From Octopus sinensis (Eukaryota), in contig NW_021824322.1 in NCBI RefSeq assembly GCF_006345805.1, positions 1 to 20,529 on the forward strand: a stretch of DNA of 20,529 bases. Reading direction: 5' to 3'. Each line of letters starts with the position of its first letter. The first letter of the stretch is position 1. The notes beneath the pieces are model-generated. The model had not been told where the DNA came from, did not search any database, and saw only the letters and a list, made by a program, of their open reading frames with translations. Shown here one piece after another: positions 1-11,139 of the stretch. Made by a program: the position numbers and the translations under genes.

Positions 1-157
1 GGTGTGCTACGTTCCCGTAACTAAGCGATTCGGCAAAAAAGACCGGTAGAATTAATACCAGGGCTTTGAAACAAGTCCTGAGGTTAAGCTGTTCTCTGAA
101 AGTCCTTCAAAGTGGTGCTCCAGTATGGCCGCAGTCAAATGACTGAAACAAGTAAAA
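1..157 (+). mobile_element. 3' module of a bipartite tRNA-derived SINE (window edge or 5'-truncated)
   Basis: Matches the 3' half of the full copy at 14542-14950 (cccgtaact..agcg..ttcggcaaaa..gaccg) and ends in the shared tail ggtgctccagtatggccgcagtcaaatgactgaaacaagtaaaa. Confidence 0.85.
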
Positions 158-427
158 TATAATTGTGTTAAATTCTAAGAAATCAATGAAGCTGTTGCGA
201 ATGAAATGTGTCAGTTGTGTGAAACAGAGAGAAAAGTAAGAGCTACAAGTTAGATTCAAATTGCTTGACCGAAATTCGAAACCGCTTTTCTAGGCCGAAT
301 ACGCTGAAGGTCTAGCCCATTGTTGAAGCACGCAACTACAAGTACGAGGCAAGGAAGCAGAGAGAAAGGTATGAGGTATGAGATAGGTATTTCTCGGGCG
401 GGAAAAACTGTATCGATTGCACAGATT

Positions 428-733
428 GTGTTTGTTTGTTCCTTCTCGAGCCATGACTGGCTCATAAGGACCAGTTTCTCCGTTTCCTTGGCGTATAGGT
501 TCCCCACCTGGACGGGACGCCGGTCCGTCGCAGGTGAGCTTCAAGATACAGGAGGAAAGAGTGGGAGAAAGTTGTGGCGAAAGAGTCAGGAGAAGCTCGC
601 CATTACGTTCTGCCGGAGCCGCGTGGAGCTTAGGTGTTTCGCTCATAAACACACACATCGCCCGGTCTGAGATTCGAACCCGCGATCCCTCGACCGTGAG
701 TCCGCTGCTCTAACCACTAGGCCATGTGCCTCC
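428..733 (-). mobile_element. tRNA-derived SINE with a V-domain-like 3' region
   Basis: Minus strand has a tRNA-like head with A box (TGGCCTAGTGG) and B box (GGTTCGAATC). The body contains CTGCGACGGACCGGCGTCCCGTCCAGG, resembling the V-SINE central domain. Head and proximal body are shared with 8841-9220. Confidence 0.8.
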
Positions 734-957
734 ACCATTGCACAAATTCGTTCAAGGCTTCCTGCATTTCCAAGGGTGTATGTACTTACATAATCCAATG
801 AGAGAGCATGTATTTGGACACTCGACCTGAAAGGCACAATGACCTGATCACTGTCAAATCACACGTTACTGTCGCGAGGGACACTTTGGGTAATGTTTTA
901 TGAAATACAGTGAAAAAAAAACGGGATGGTCAGGGCTTTAGCGCATTTGGTGATAGG

Positions 958-1125
958 TGAAGACATGGCTTTGTGGTAAGCGATTTGCTTCCGAACCACA
1001 TGGTTTGGGGTTCAATTCCCACTGCGTGGCACCTTAGTTGAATGTCTTCTGATATAGTCCCGAACCAACTAAAGCCTCATTAGTGAGGTTGGTAGATGGA
1101 AACTGAAAGAAAGTCCGTCGTATGT
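958..1125 (+). mobile_element. 5' module (tRNA head plus CORE-like region) of the bipartite SINE
   Basis: Aligns to 14542-14705 (tgtggtaag..ggttcaattcccactgcgtggcacctt..ggaaactgaaagaa..cgtcgtat) and runs into (TA)n. Confidence 0.85.
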
Positions 1126-1126
1126 A

Positions 1127-1128
<2 letters not shown>

Positions 1129-1208
<80 letters not shown>

Positions 1209-1334
1209 GTGTGTGTGTGGTGTGTGTGTGTGTATACACACATATATGTATATTATATATATATACACACAACATAAATGTATATATATATATATATATA
1301 TATATTATGCATCTATCTATCTATATATATATAT
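1129..1334. repeat. (TA)n / (TG)n microsatellite
   Basis: Pure (TA)n at about 1129-1203 followed by TG/TA mixtures. Confidence 0.97.
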
Positions 1335-2220
1335 AAAGAATAAAAGGTTTTGAATGGTACAACAATGCACTATAATACACAGACACTGGGCTATATACCT
1401 GTTGTAATTAAGTCATCGAAAGTCTGATATGATATTTCGGAATAATATTCCTTCTCTGATATTCTTAGCTGGATTCGCTGCTATAATCGATATATGCGTG
1501 TGAACTGTATGAATACAGTGCAGATTGAAATGTTATTGATGGATAAATGGCGATTTCTCTCTATTTGTGTGGTTGCTTGTTACATAGAATTCGCCGTCAC
1601 AAAACACCAACACATCTATCAATATGAATTAAGAAGGTGTTCCTACATGTAAACAGGGTGTGATATTTGTGATGACAGTGCATTTGTCTAAAGGCAGAAC
1701 AGTTCTTCATGCAGCACCTGTCAATTGGCAGAAATGACTTGAAAGGCATCGTCATTTGTGGTATATTCGTGAATAAGTCATTAACCGAAATAAGTAGATC
1801 TATTGTTTAGGAAAATACTATTTACTTGTTTAAGGGTTGCACTAGGTAAATTGTGAAAACAACTCTAACAAATAAACATATTCAACTTAATTTGTACCAG
1901 TAAAATCACTGACCTTGTCTGACAATTTCTTGTAAGAAAGTCCACGTAATGTAGAATGCTTTTTAATAAATCGAGAAGCATTTATTATACAATTTTTTTC
2001 ATTTATTATATATAGGAAGATGAATGGGTTATTTCCCTTGGCGGGTAATGGTTATGTATATGGATCCCTTCCAGGGGCCCTAGCCATCCATTTATAGATT
2101 TTTATTAAACTTCAATGAGATTAGAAACAAACTGGATGCTACTTTAGATGTTTGCAAAATTTAACGATAATTCGTTAACGGTGTAGACGGCAACTTGTCA
2201 CAGACAAAGATGCAATTGCT

Positions 2221-2351
2221 TTATATATGTATAAGATATATATATATCTATCAATATATATATATATATTATATATATATATATAATATATATATATTAT
2301 ATCATACATATAGTTATATATACATACATATATATGTATATATACATATAT

Positions 2352-2397
<46 letters not shown>

Positions 2398-2440
2398 GTA
2401 TATGTGTGTATGTATGTGTGTGTATATGTTTGTGTGTCTG
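2221..2440. repeat. Compound TA/CA/TG microsatellite
   Basis: Directly visible. Confidence 0.95.
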
Positions 2441-2640
2441 TGTTTGTCTCCCCAACATCGCTTGACAACCGATGCTGGATGTGTTTACGTCCCCGTAACT
2501 TAACGATTTGGCAAAAGAGACCGATAGAATAAGTACTAGGCTTACGAAAAATAAGTCCTGGGGTCGATTTGCTCGACTAAAGGCGGCGCGCTCCAGCATG
2601 GCCACAGTCAATGACTGAAACATGTAAAGTAGTAAAAGAG
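2441..2640 (+). mobile_element. 3' module of the bipartite SINE
   Basis: tgtttgtctccccaacatcgcttgacaaccg..aataagtactagg..cgactaaaggcggcgcgctccagcatggccacagtcaatgactgaaac, matching 14745-14950. Confidence 0.9.
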
Positions 2641-2657
2641 TATATATATATATTATA

Positions 2658-2700
<43 letters not shown>

Positions 2701-2764
2701 TATTATATATCTATATATTTTCGATTTATCTATTTATTTATATATTTATACAGGTTTCAGAAAT

Positions 2765-2965
2765 CGGCGAACTGATAGAATCGCACCACGCCGTTGCTTA
2801 ATGATATTTCTTCCGACTTAACGTTCTAATTTCAAATACCGCCAAGTTCGACTTTGCTTTTCATCTTTTCGCAGTCGATGAAGTAGGTACCAGTTGAACG
2901 TTAAGATCGATGGAATCGACTTACTCTTTCTTCGAAATTGCTGACCTGCCAAAATTTGAAACCAA
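2765..2965 (+). mobile_element. Diverged tRNA-derived SINE of the family arrayed at 4.7-8.7 kb, opposite orientation
   Basis: ggcgaactgatagaatc..ttcaaataccgccaagttcgactttgcttttcatcttttcg..gtcgat..gtaccag is the reverse complement of the arrayed units. Confidence 0.75.
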
Positions 2966-3151
2966 AGGCACCTCACAGGGTAAATTTTCAATGAGATGCT
3001 GTGTTTTATGAAGTGAAATTGTTGCAAAATTTTTATCTTCTTCAGGCAACACGTAACAGTTTTCCTAAAGATCTTCGTGGTGTGACTGAAGTTTCTCAGA
3101 ATTTTGGGTAAATACTGATTTGATCTGAGATAATGTGTTAAAACTAAAACA

Positions 3152-3353
3152 GTCCGTGTGTATCATAGGTTGAAGACGGGAAGGATAGTTTCCCTTTGCA
3201 ATTACTGATAGGGCACAGAAATTGTGTCAATAGCCAGCTGAAGAAGGTGTCCTCCTGGGGCTACAAGCTTAGGAGTTGGCCACATTTAAGTGGCAAAAAT
3301 GCTTCACGATGTGTTGCAGCTACTGTTTATAGCTCGCTCAGAGATTTATAATT
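3152..3353 (+). mobile_element. Diverged copy of the 3' part of the hammerhead-bearing element at 16056-17937
   Basis: gtccgtgtgtatcataggttgaagacgggaagg..ctgatagggcacagaa..cctggggcta..tcacgatgtgtt..gatttataatt aligns to 17720-17937 with substitutions and one internal deletion. Confidence 0.85.
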
Positions 3354-3715
3354 ACATCATGGTTAACACATTAATAACCATTCAAATGCACACAAAAACT
3401 GTTAACTTCATTTAAATATTTATTATTTGGTGTAAAAATTGTCGTCATACCAAATAAAGCCTGGCCACTGGCATGATTTCACGGCATGTAATTTTGTGAG
3501 GTGGTTGTTATAAATCAAAATTAGGTCAAAAACAAACCTTCGATGGAAAAATATCGAATGCACTTAAGACTAGCATTAAATTGTGCCTCAAAATGGTAGC
3601 CTTTCAAGTATGGCTCAAAAATTTCTGACCTGGAGTTCAATAGAGAGTTAGGGATCTTAGATCTGAACAGGATCTGTGCTCTTTCAACCAAACAAAGTCT
3701 ACATTTATTCTTCCT

Positions 3716-3716
3716 T

Positions 3717-3768
<52 letters not shown>

Positions 3769-3980
3769 GCTAGCTAGCTAGCTAGCTATCTGACTGTCTA
3801 CTTATCTATCTATCTTATATATATATATATATATTATATATATTATATATTATATATATATATATATATGTATATATATGAATATTCATATATGTATATA
3901 TATATATATATGTGTGTATGTGTGTATGTATGTATGTATGTATGTATGATGTATGTATGTATGTATGTATGTATTTATGT
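3716..3980. repeat. (TCTA)n, (TAGC)n, (TA)n and (TATG)n compound microsatellite
   Basis: Directly visible. Confidence 0.95.
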
Positions 3981-4665
3981 ATATTAAATGTATATTATTG
4001 CGTTTCAAGTTTCGCTCTAAATTGAAGCGTTTCATTTATCGCTCACAACTGCAAGTTTTCAAGCAACGTCCCAAGCGTGGCTCAAAATTTCTTAGTAAGT
4101 GAGAAAGTAAGTAAGACTGCAAGCAATGATAAAGAAACTGTATTTGGGTTCCTGGCTTGATTGGATAATATATGCATGAAAGACGATAGACACCGAAGCA
4201 AATTTTTCGTATAAATGAATCAGGCCTGTTTTGAAAACGAACGCTAAAACGAACTTAGATTTCCGAAGCGAATTAAATAAATAAATAAATAAACTGCATT
4301 ATAGTTCAAAACTGCCAAAGATCATAAGAATTTTCTACTTGATGGTAATTATCCAGGTGATTTAAAGGTCAAGCGACTGACTATTTATAATTCTGAGGCA
4401 TCACTAACTACAAAAGGTTACTCTGAATCTCATCTTCCTATTATAAGGTGATAATCTAAAAAGGGATGGATCACCGAAACCGTTTCCCAAGATTTGTTTA
4501 TTTCGTGTGTCTTCCCAGCTTTGTCAGAGAATATTTTTATGTTAAGAATCTTGAGAATAAAACCTTGTTTATCGCATACAATTTGTCATTCATTTAATCC
4601 AGGTGACCTGACGGATGATGTTTAAGTAGCTTTTCCGCCTCCAGACACAACCAGCTTCATTTAAC

Positions 4666-5081
4666 CTATTTCTTTACTACCTACAAGGGGCTAAACACAG
4701 AGAGGACAAACAAGGACAAACAAACGGATCAAGTCGATTATATCGACCCCAGTGCGTAACTGGTACTTATTTAATCGACCCCGAAAGGATGAAAGGCAAA
4801 GTCGACCTCGGCGGAATTTGAACTTAGAACGTAGCGGCAGACGAAATACCTATTTCTTTACTACCCACAAGGGGCTAAACACAGAGGGGACAGACAAAGA
4901 CAGACAAACGGATTAAGTCGATTACATCGACCCCAGTATTCATCTGGTACTTAATTTATCGACCCCGAAAGGATGAAAGGCAAAGTCAACCTCGGCGGAA
5001 TTTGAACTCACAACAAAACGGCAGACGAAATACGGCTACGCATTTCGCCCGGCGTGCTAACGTCTCTGCCAGCTCGCCACC
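4666..5081 (-). mobile_element. Head-to-tail dimer of a tRNA-derived SINE
   Basis: Two ~183 bp units. The full head (minus strand GGCGAGCTGGCAGAGACGTTAG..GAGTTCAAATTCC, A and B boxes) is present only on the right-hand unit. Junction gaaatacctatttc at 4843-4856. Confidence 0.9.
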
Positions 5082-5189
5082 ATTTTACAGCTTGTTTTAA
5101 CCTATAGACAAAAAGGATAATTAAAACCTATATTTTACGGTCACCATAAATTTTCAGATGGTAAAACTATGTCTGTTGTACAGGATCTT

Positions 5190-5330
5190 CGGCAGGCATT
5201 GTTGTGTGGTTAAGAAGCCGGGTTTGTAACCACGCGGTTTCGGGTTGACTGTCACTGCCCGGCATCTTGCGCATATGTTTTTGCGAGTGAATTTGGTTGG
5301 CGGAATCTGTGGAAGTTTGTCGCATATATA
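5190..5330 (+). mobile_element. Strongly diverged 5' module of the bipartite SINE
   Basis: tgtgtggttaagaag..aaccacgcggtttcgggtt..cactg..ggcatcttgcgca..gagtgaatttggt..ggaa..gtcgcatata resembles 14555-14705 with an internal deletion. Confidence 0.6.
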
Positions 5331-5711
5331 CATACATGTAGACCTTCCTCTCTTGTCAACATTATTCAGTGTCCTTCATGACAGTAAGTAGTGATTTAAC
5401 AATGATTTAGTTATTATTTCTTGTAGGTCGACTAACCATGTATATGATCTCGTGCTTAGTCCCTATCCGAAATGTGGTAAAGCTTCGGCAAATCTGTGAA
5501 AGCAGTACGGTTTCGATTCCCGCTCAAGATCATCAGGGAATGAAGAACCACGAGAGAAAATATTTTATGAAATATTAAGTTTAGACCTAAGTCGGCTTAT
5601 CCCAAAGCATGTGAGGTCATGTCAGTCAGCGTCAACTCAGCGACACCCATATTAGTCTATATTTTGGTTGCTGTTTATAGTAACTCGGACAATAAAATTA
5701 AAAACTATGTC

Positions 5712-5958
5712 CCAGGTTCCGGAGGTTTCTTGTGGCTGTGGTAGAAACTGAGGGCGGCAACTTTCTCAACCGCGCCTCCCACGTAGTACTCCATGGGATA
5801 ACAATCAGGGGTGGGTGCATTAGGGGGACAGGAATTGGGGCTGGCGAAGTGAAGTCATAGGAATTCTCCGACAACCACTTCAGACTGTTTCCAGAAGTAT
5901 GACAAGAAGGTGAATCTTGATGCTTGACGTATAACTTTCCAGCAGCAATCCACTTCAT
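5712..5958 (-). mobile_element. Decayed Tc1/mariner transposase fragment, C-terminal catalytic region, DD37D (maT)-like
   Basis: One frame reads GKLYVKHQDSPSCHTSGNSLKWLSENSYDFTSP, like ..QQDSAPCHT..WL. After a frameshift a second frame reads PDCYPMEYYVGGAVEK, like SPDCNPLDYYVWGAVE. Confidence 0.8.
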
Positions 5959-5981
5959 TATCTATGGGTGTGTATCTTACT

Positions 5982-6566
5982 TATTTCTTTACTGCCCACA
6001 AGGGGCTACACACAGAGGGAACAAACAAGGACAGACACACGAATTAAGTCGATTAAATCGACCCCAGTGTGTAACTGATACTTATTTAATCGACCCCGAA
6101 AGGATGAAAGGCAAAGTCGACCCCGACGGAATTTGAACTCAGAACGTAACGGCAGACGAAATACCCATTTCTTTACTACCCACAAGGGGCTAAACACAGA
6201 GTGGACAAACAAGGACAGACAAAGGATTAAGTCGATTATATCGACCCCAGTGCGTAACTGGTACTTATTTAATCGACCCCAGAAAGATGAAAGGCAAAGT
6301 CGACCTCGACGGAATTTGAACTCAGAACGTAGCGGCAGACGAAATACCTATTTCTGTACTACCCACAAGGGGCTAAACACAGAGAGGACAAACAAGGACA
6401 GACAAACGGATTAAGTCGATTACATCGACCCTAGTGCGTAACTGGTACTTAATTTATCGACCCCCGAAAGGATGAAAGGCAAAGTCGACCTCGACGGAAT
6501 TTGAACTCAGAACGTAGCGGCTGGTGAAATACCGCTAAGCATTTCGCCCGGCGTGCTAACGTTTCT
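5982..6566 (-). mobile_element. Head-to-tail trimer of the tRNA-derived SINE
   Basis: Three ~183 bp units with junctions at 6158-6171 and 6341-6354. Partial head at 6520-6566. Confidence 0.9.
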
Positions 6567-6756
6567 ACTTGTCCTCTACCACTGCTTGACGTCCTCGTAT
6601 CTTAGCAATTCTCCAAAAAAAAGTCCGAAACAGTAATTAGTAGGCTTAATAATAAGTACTACGTCCAATTTGTTCGATTAAACACTACTAGCTGGTGCAC
6701 CAGAATGACTGTGTTCCAATGACTGAAACAAGTAGAAGATAAAAGACAAGTTTGCT
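6567..6756 (+). mobile_element. Diverged, internally deleted SINE 3' module (block X); second copy at 7789-7985
   Basis: ttgtcctctaccactgcttgacgtcctcgtatcttagc..aataagtact..ttgttcgattaaa..ggtgcaccagaatgactg..aatgactgaaacaagtagaagataaaaga, nearly identical in both positions. Confidence 0.75.
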
Positions 6757-6950
6757 TGATCGTGGCTGATTTGGGGTTAAACAACAATATCGACCACGCA
6801 TGTACGTCACCAGAGTAATTATAGTAACGAAAACAACAACAATAAAAGTGTCATATGTTAATAAGGTCGTAAGAAGAAGGCGAAGGCGTTGGATTAATAC
6901 TGCAATCTATGTATATTTTTCTGCGCTCCTGCGTGTGTGAGTTTATCTAC

Positions 6951-8675
6951 CTATTTCTTTACTACCCACAAGGAGCTACACATAGAGGGGACGAACAAGG
7001 ACAGACAAACGGATTAAGTCGATTATATCGACCCCATTGCGTAACTGGTGCTTATTTAGTCGACCCCGGAAGGATGAAAGGCAAAGTCGACCTCGGCGGA
7101 ATTTGAACTCAGAACGTAGCGGCAGACGAAATACCGCTAAGCATTTCGCCCGGCGTGCTAACGTTTCTGCCAGCTCTCCGCCTTCAAACATTTTTTTCTA
7201 CTCTAGGCACAAGGCCCGAAATTTGGGGGGAGAGAACCAATCGATTAGATCGACCGTAGAACGCAACTGGTATTTAATTTATCATTCCCGAAAAGATAAA
7301 AGACAAAGTTGACCTCGGCGGAATTTGAACTCTAAACGTAGCGGCAGACAAAATACCTATTTCTTTACTAACCACAAGGGGGCTAAACATAGAGGGGACA
7401 AACAAGGACAGACAAACGGATTAAGTCGATTATATCGACCCCAGTGCGTAACTGGTACTTATTTAATCGACCCCGAAAGGATGAAAGGCAAAGTCGACCC
7501 CGACGGAATTTGAACTCAGAACGTAACGGCAGACGAAATGCCCATTTCTTTACTACCCACAAGGGGCTAAACACAGAGTGGACAAACAAGGACAGACAAA
7601 CGGATTAAGTCGATTATATCGACCCCAGTGCGTAACTGGTACTTATTTAATCGACCCCGAAAAGATGAAAGGCAAAGTCGACCTCGACGGAATTTGAGCT
7701 CAGAACGTAACGGCGGGCGAAATACCACAAAGCATTTCGCCGGTGAGCTAACGTTTCTGCCAGCTCGCCGCCGTGTGTATCTTTCTATTTGTCCTCTACC
7801 ACTGCTTGACGTCCTCGTATCTTAGCAATCTGCAAAAAAAAAAGGAAATGAGTCCGAAACAGTAATTAGTAGTCTTAATAATAAGTACTACGTCCAATTT
7901 GTTCGATTAAACACTACTAGTTGGTGCACCAGAATGACTGTATTCCAATGACTGAAACAAGTAGAAGATAAAAGACAAGTTTGCTATTTCTTTACTACCC
8001 ACAAGGGGCTAAATACAGAGAGGACAAACAAGGACAGACAAACAAGGACAGACAAACGGATTAAGTCGATTACATCGACCCCAGTGCGTAACTGGTGCTT
8101 ATTTAATCGAACCCCGGAAGGATGAAAGGCAAAGTAGACCTCGGCGGAATTTGAACTCAGAACGTAGCGGCAGACGAAATACGGTACGCATTTCGCCCGG
8201 CGTGCTAACGTTTCTGCCAACTCTCCGCCTTCAAACATTTTTTTCTACTCTAGGCACAAGGCCCGAAATTTTGGGGGAGAGATCCAATCGATTAGATCGA
8301 CCGCAGAACGCAACTGGTATTTAATTTATCGTTCCTGAAAAGATGAAAGACAAAGTTGACCTCGGCGGAATTTGAACTCAGAACGTAGCGGCAGACGAAA
8401 TACGGCTACGCATTTCGCCCGGCGTGCTAACGTTTCTGCCAGCTCTCCGCCTTCAAATATTTTTTCCTACTCTAGGCACAAGGCTCGAAATTTGGGGGGA
8501 GAGAACCAATCGATTAGATCGACCGCAGAACGCAACTGGTATTTAATTTATCGTTCCCGAAAAGATGAAAGACAAAGTCGACCTCAGCGGAATTTGAACT
8601 CAGAACGTAAAAATAGACGAAACACTGCAAAGCATTTCGTCCGGCGATCTAACGTTTCTGCCAGCTCGCCGCCTC
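6951..8675 (-). mobile_element. Mosaic tandem array of tRNA-derived SINE units with two alternative 3' ends
   Basis: Order on the + strand: A (6951-7183), B (7184-7350), A, A (7357-7772), X (7789-7985), A (7986-8230), B, B (8231-8675). Type A carries ctacccacaaggggcta; type B carries ctactctaggcacaaggc(c/t)cgaaattt. Confidence 0.88.
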
Positions 8676-8840
8676 GTGGGTTTATCTACCCACTAATGCC
8701 AAAAAGTACCGTCGCGAAAGCATGTTGACTGTCCAAACCGTCGTCATCCGAATATTTGCTTAGAGCGATTCGCTCGACTAAAATCCTTCAAAATGGTGTC
8801 CCTTCGTGACTGCAGTCATAAACCAAATTAAAATATAAGA

Positions 8841-9220
8841 GAGGCGCAATGACCCAGTGGTTAGGGCAGCGGACTCGCGGTCCTAGGATCGCGGTTTCGA
8901 TTCCCAGACCGGGCGTTGTGAGTGTTTATTGAGCGAAAACACCTAAAGCTCCACGATGCTCCGGCAGGGGATGTGGTGATCCTTCTGTACTCTTTCACCA
9001 CAACTTTCTCTCACTCTTACTTCCTGTTTCTGTTGTGCCTGTACTTCAAAGGGCCGGCCTTGTCACTCTCTGTGTCACGCTGAACATCTCCGAGAACTGC
9101 GTTAAGGGTACACGTGTCTGTGGAGTGCTCAGCCACTTACACGTTAATTTCACGAGCAGGCTGTTCCGTTGATTCGGATCAACCGGAACCCTCGTCGTCG
9201 TAACCGACGGAGTGCTTCCA
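8841..9220 (+). mobile_element. Full-length tRNA-derived SINE with a 12-bp target-site duplication
   Basis: A box TGACCCAGTGG and B box GGTTTCGATTCC. Flanked by TAAAATATAAGA at 8829-8840 and 9221-9232. Confidence 0.92.
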
Positions 9221-9617
9221 TAAAATATAAGAATGAACAATCGAAGCATAGAGATATTAGACTTACCACTGACTCACCTCCAACATTAAACAGGCAGTCG
9301 CTATGCTTCTCCTCAGAGATAGATAATGGGTTGAATATTCGAAAATAATAACGTATGTTACGCTCGAAATGTATGCAAATGTATTCTCGGTTATACATTT
9401 TTTTTTTTCAAAATGGTGGCGTAAAGACAACTCATTAACAGAAAGCAGAAATGGAAATATTTTGAGTTTGGTATATCAAAGAACGTAGAATTAGCTATAA
9501 GAATTTTAAGTAGATTAATGATGATCAAACAGAACCTACTTTAGAAGTCAATTAATTTGTATCTGTTAATTACAGTTTTGCTCCTTTTATTACGTACATA
9601 CTACCACAAAACAACAT

Positions 9618-9630
9618 TATATATATATAT

Positions 9631-9664
<34 letters not shown>

Positions 9665-9858
9665 ATATATATAATATATATATACACACATACATACACA
9701 CATTTATACATACATATATATATGCATGAATATATTTGTCTATCTCTGTATATATACTTGTATATATGTGTATATGTGTGTATATAAATATATAATGTAT
9801 GTATATTATATATATATATAAAGAGGTGAGACCGAAATCCTTTTTATATATACATACA

Positions 9859-9945
<87 letters not shown>
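9618..9945. repeat. (TA)n / (CA)n / (GA)n microsatellites
   Basis: Directly visible. Confidence 0.95.
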
Positions 9946-9946
<1 letters not shown>

Positions 9947-10023
9947 TGTGAGAAGGAAAGGTACTAAAAGAAATGGGAGAAGGAGACGTAGGAGAAGCAT
10001 GCAGCCAAATAAGATATTTAGGT

Positions 10024-10026
10024 AAG

Positions 10027-10072
<46 letters not shown>

Positions 10073-10173
10073 GGCAGGCAGGCAGGCAGACAGACAGGCA
10101 GGCAGGAAGACAGGCAGACGCACAAGCAGGCAGACAGATAGACAGACACAGTAATAGATAGATAGATAGATAT

Positions 10174-10240
<67 letters not shown>

Positions 10241-10274
10241 GGATGGATAAATAGATAGAAAGACAGACAGACAT

Positions 10275-10325
<51 letters not shown>

Positions 10326-10511
10326 CATAGATACATACATACATACATACATACATACATACATACATACATACATACATACATAACTTTCTTTATTGGC
10401 CACATAGGGCCAAACAGAGGGAACAAATACAAATGTAGAGCTTTTCTTTTCGAAGATGGAAAAAGAAAAAGGAAGAGGCAGACAAACAGACAGAGCGGTA
10501 GATAAATAGAT

Positions 10512-10586
<75 letters not shown>

Positions 10587-10587
10587 T

Positions 10588-10647
<60 letters not shown>
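10024..10647. repeat. Compound tetranucleotide microsatellite (GATA, GACA, GGCA, CATA)
   Basis: Directly visible in two blocks, 10024-10385 and about 10498-10647. Confidence 0.96.
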
Positions 10648-11139
10648 CTAGTCAATAGCAAAACTTCGTAAATACGATTTATTTCTCAATTATCCAACCA
10701 GTCTATTATAGAAGATAAGTACCGTTGACATCGGGATCAGATTAGATATGATTATAAGAGAGCTAAATCTAGCTTAAATCACATGAAACGGACGAATCAA
10801 ACATCTGTCAGTCTGCGACTTTGAGTACAAATTGTCACGAGAATCAATCACATCCATAATCGATAATACTTGAAATATACGTTGTTGTTGTTGTTGTTGT
10901 TGTTGTCACTTTTGTCAATGTTGTTTATCTACAAATCAGCCCTAAATCGAGAAGGCATATGATCTGTCGGCTTCTAACCATGCCCACCTCGTTGATTCTC
11001 TATACTATAGTTGCACTGAAATATCTAGTGTGCCCTTCTGTTTCAAGACGTTGCGTTGTAACTTTCTTCTATTGGAAGAAGAGATTTGGCTGTTATTTCT
11101 AGTAAACCGGTCAACTAGGTAGAGACTCGTATTTCTTGT

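Noticed and set aside
256-670. Overlapping 83-122 aa ORFs
   Set aside because: They largely overlap the SINE at 428-733 and show no recognisable motif.
660-733. tRNA-like sequences here and at 8841-8915, 12525-12599 and 14542-14615
   Set aside because: They are SINE heads continuing into SINE bodies, without a complete cloverleaf or Pol III terminator.
4455-4490. gaaaccgtt preceded by a weak hairpin; a similar case on the minus strand at about 15165-15195
   Set aside because: There is no recognisable CUGAnGA box and the stems are too weak to distinguish from chance.
5506-5536. Minus-strand CTGATGA..GAAACCGTA hammerhead-like spacing
   Set aside because: Stem I does not pair, stem III has a 1-nt loop, and a competing attccc/gggaat hairpin covers the core.
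4666-8675. Regularly spaced palindromic repeats suggestive of a CRISPR array
   Set aside because: The whole ~183-bp unit is conserved, there are no unique spacers or cas genes, and the context is eukaryotic with Pol III A/B boxes.
5924-8728. Recurrent ORFs such as ..DPERMKGKVD.. and ..RNWYLFNRP..
   Set aside because: They are translations of SINE units on both strands. The repetition reflects the array, not a protein repeat.
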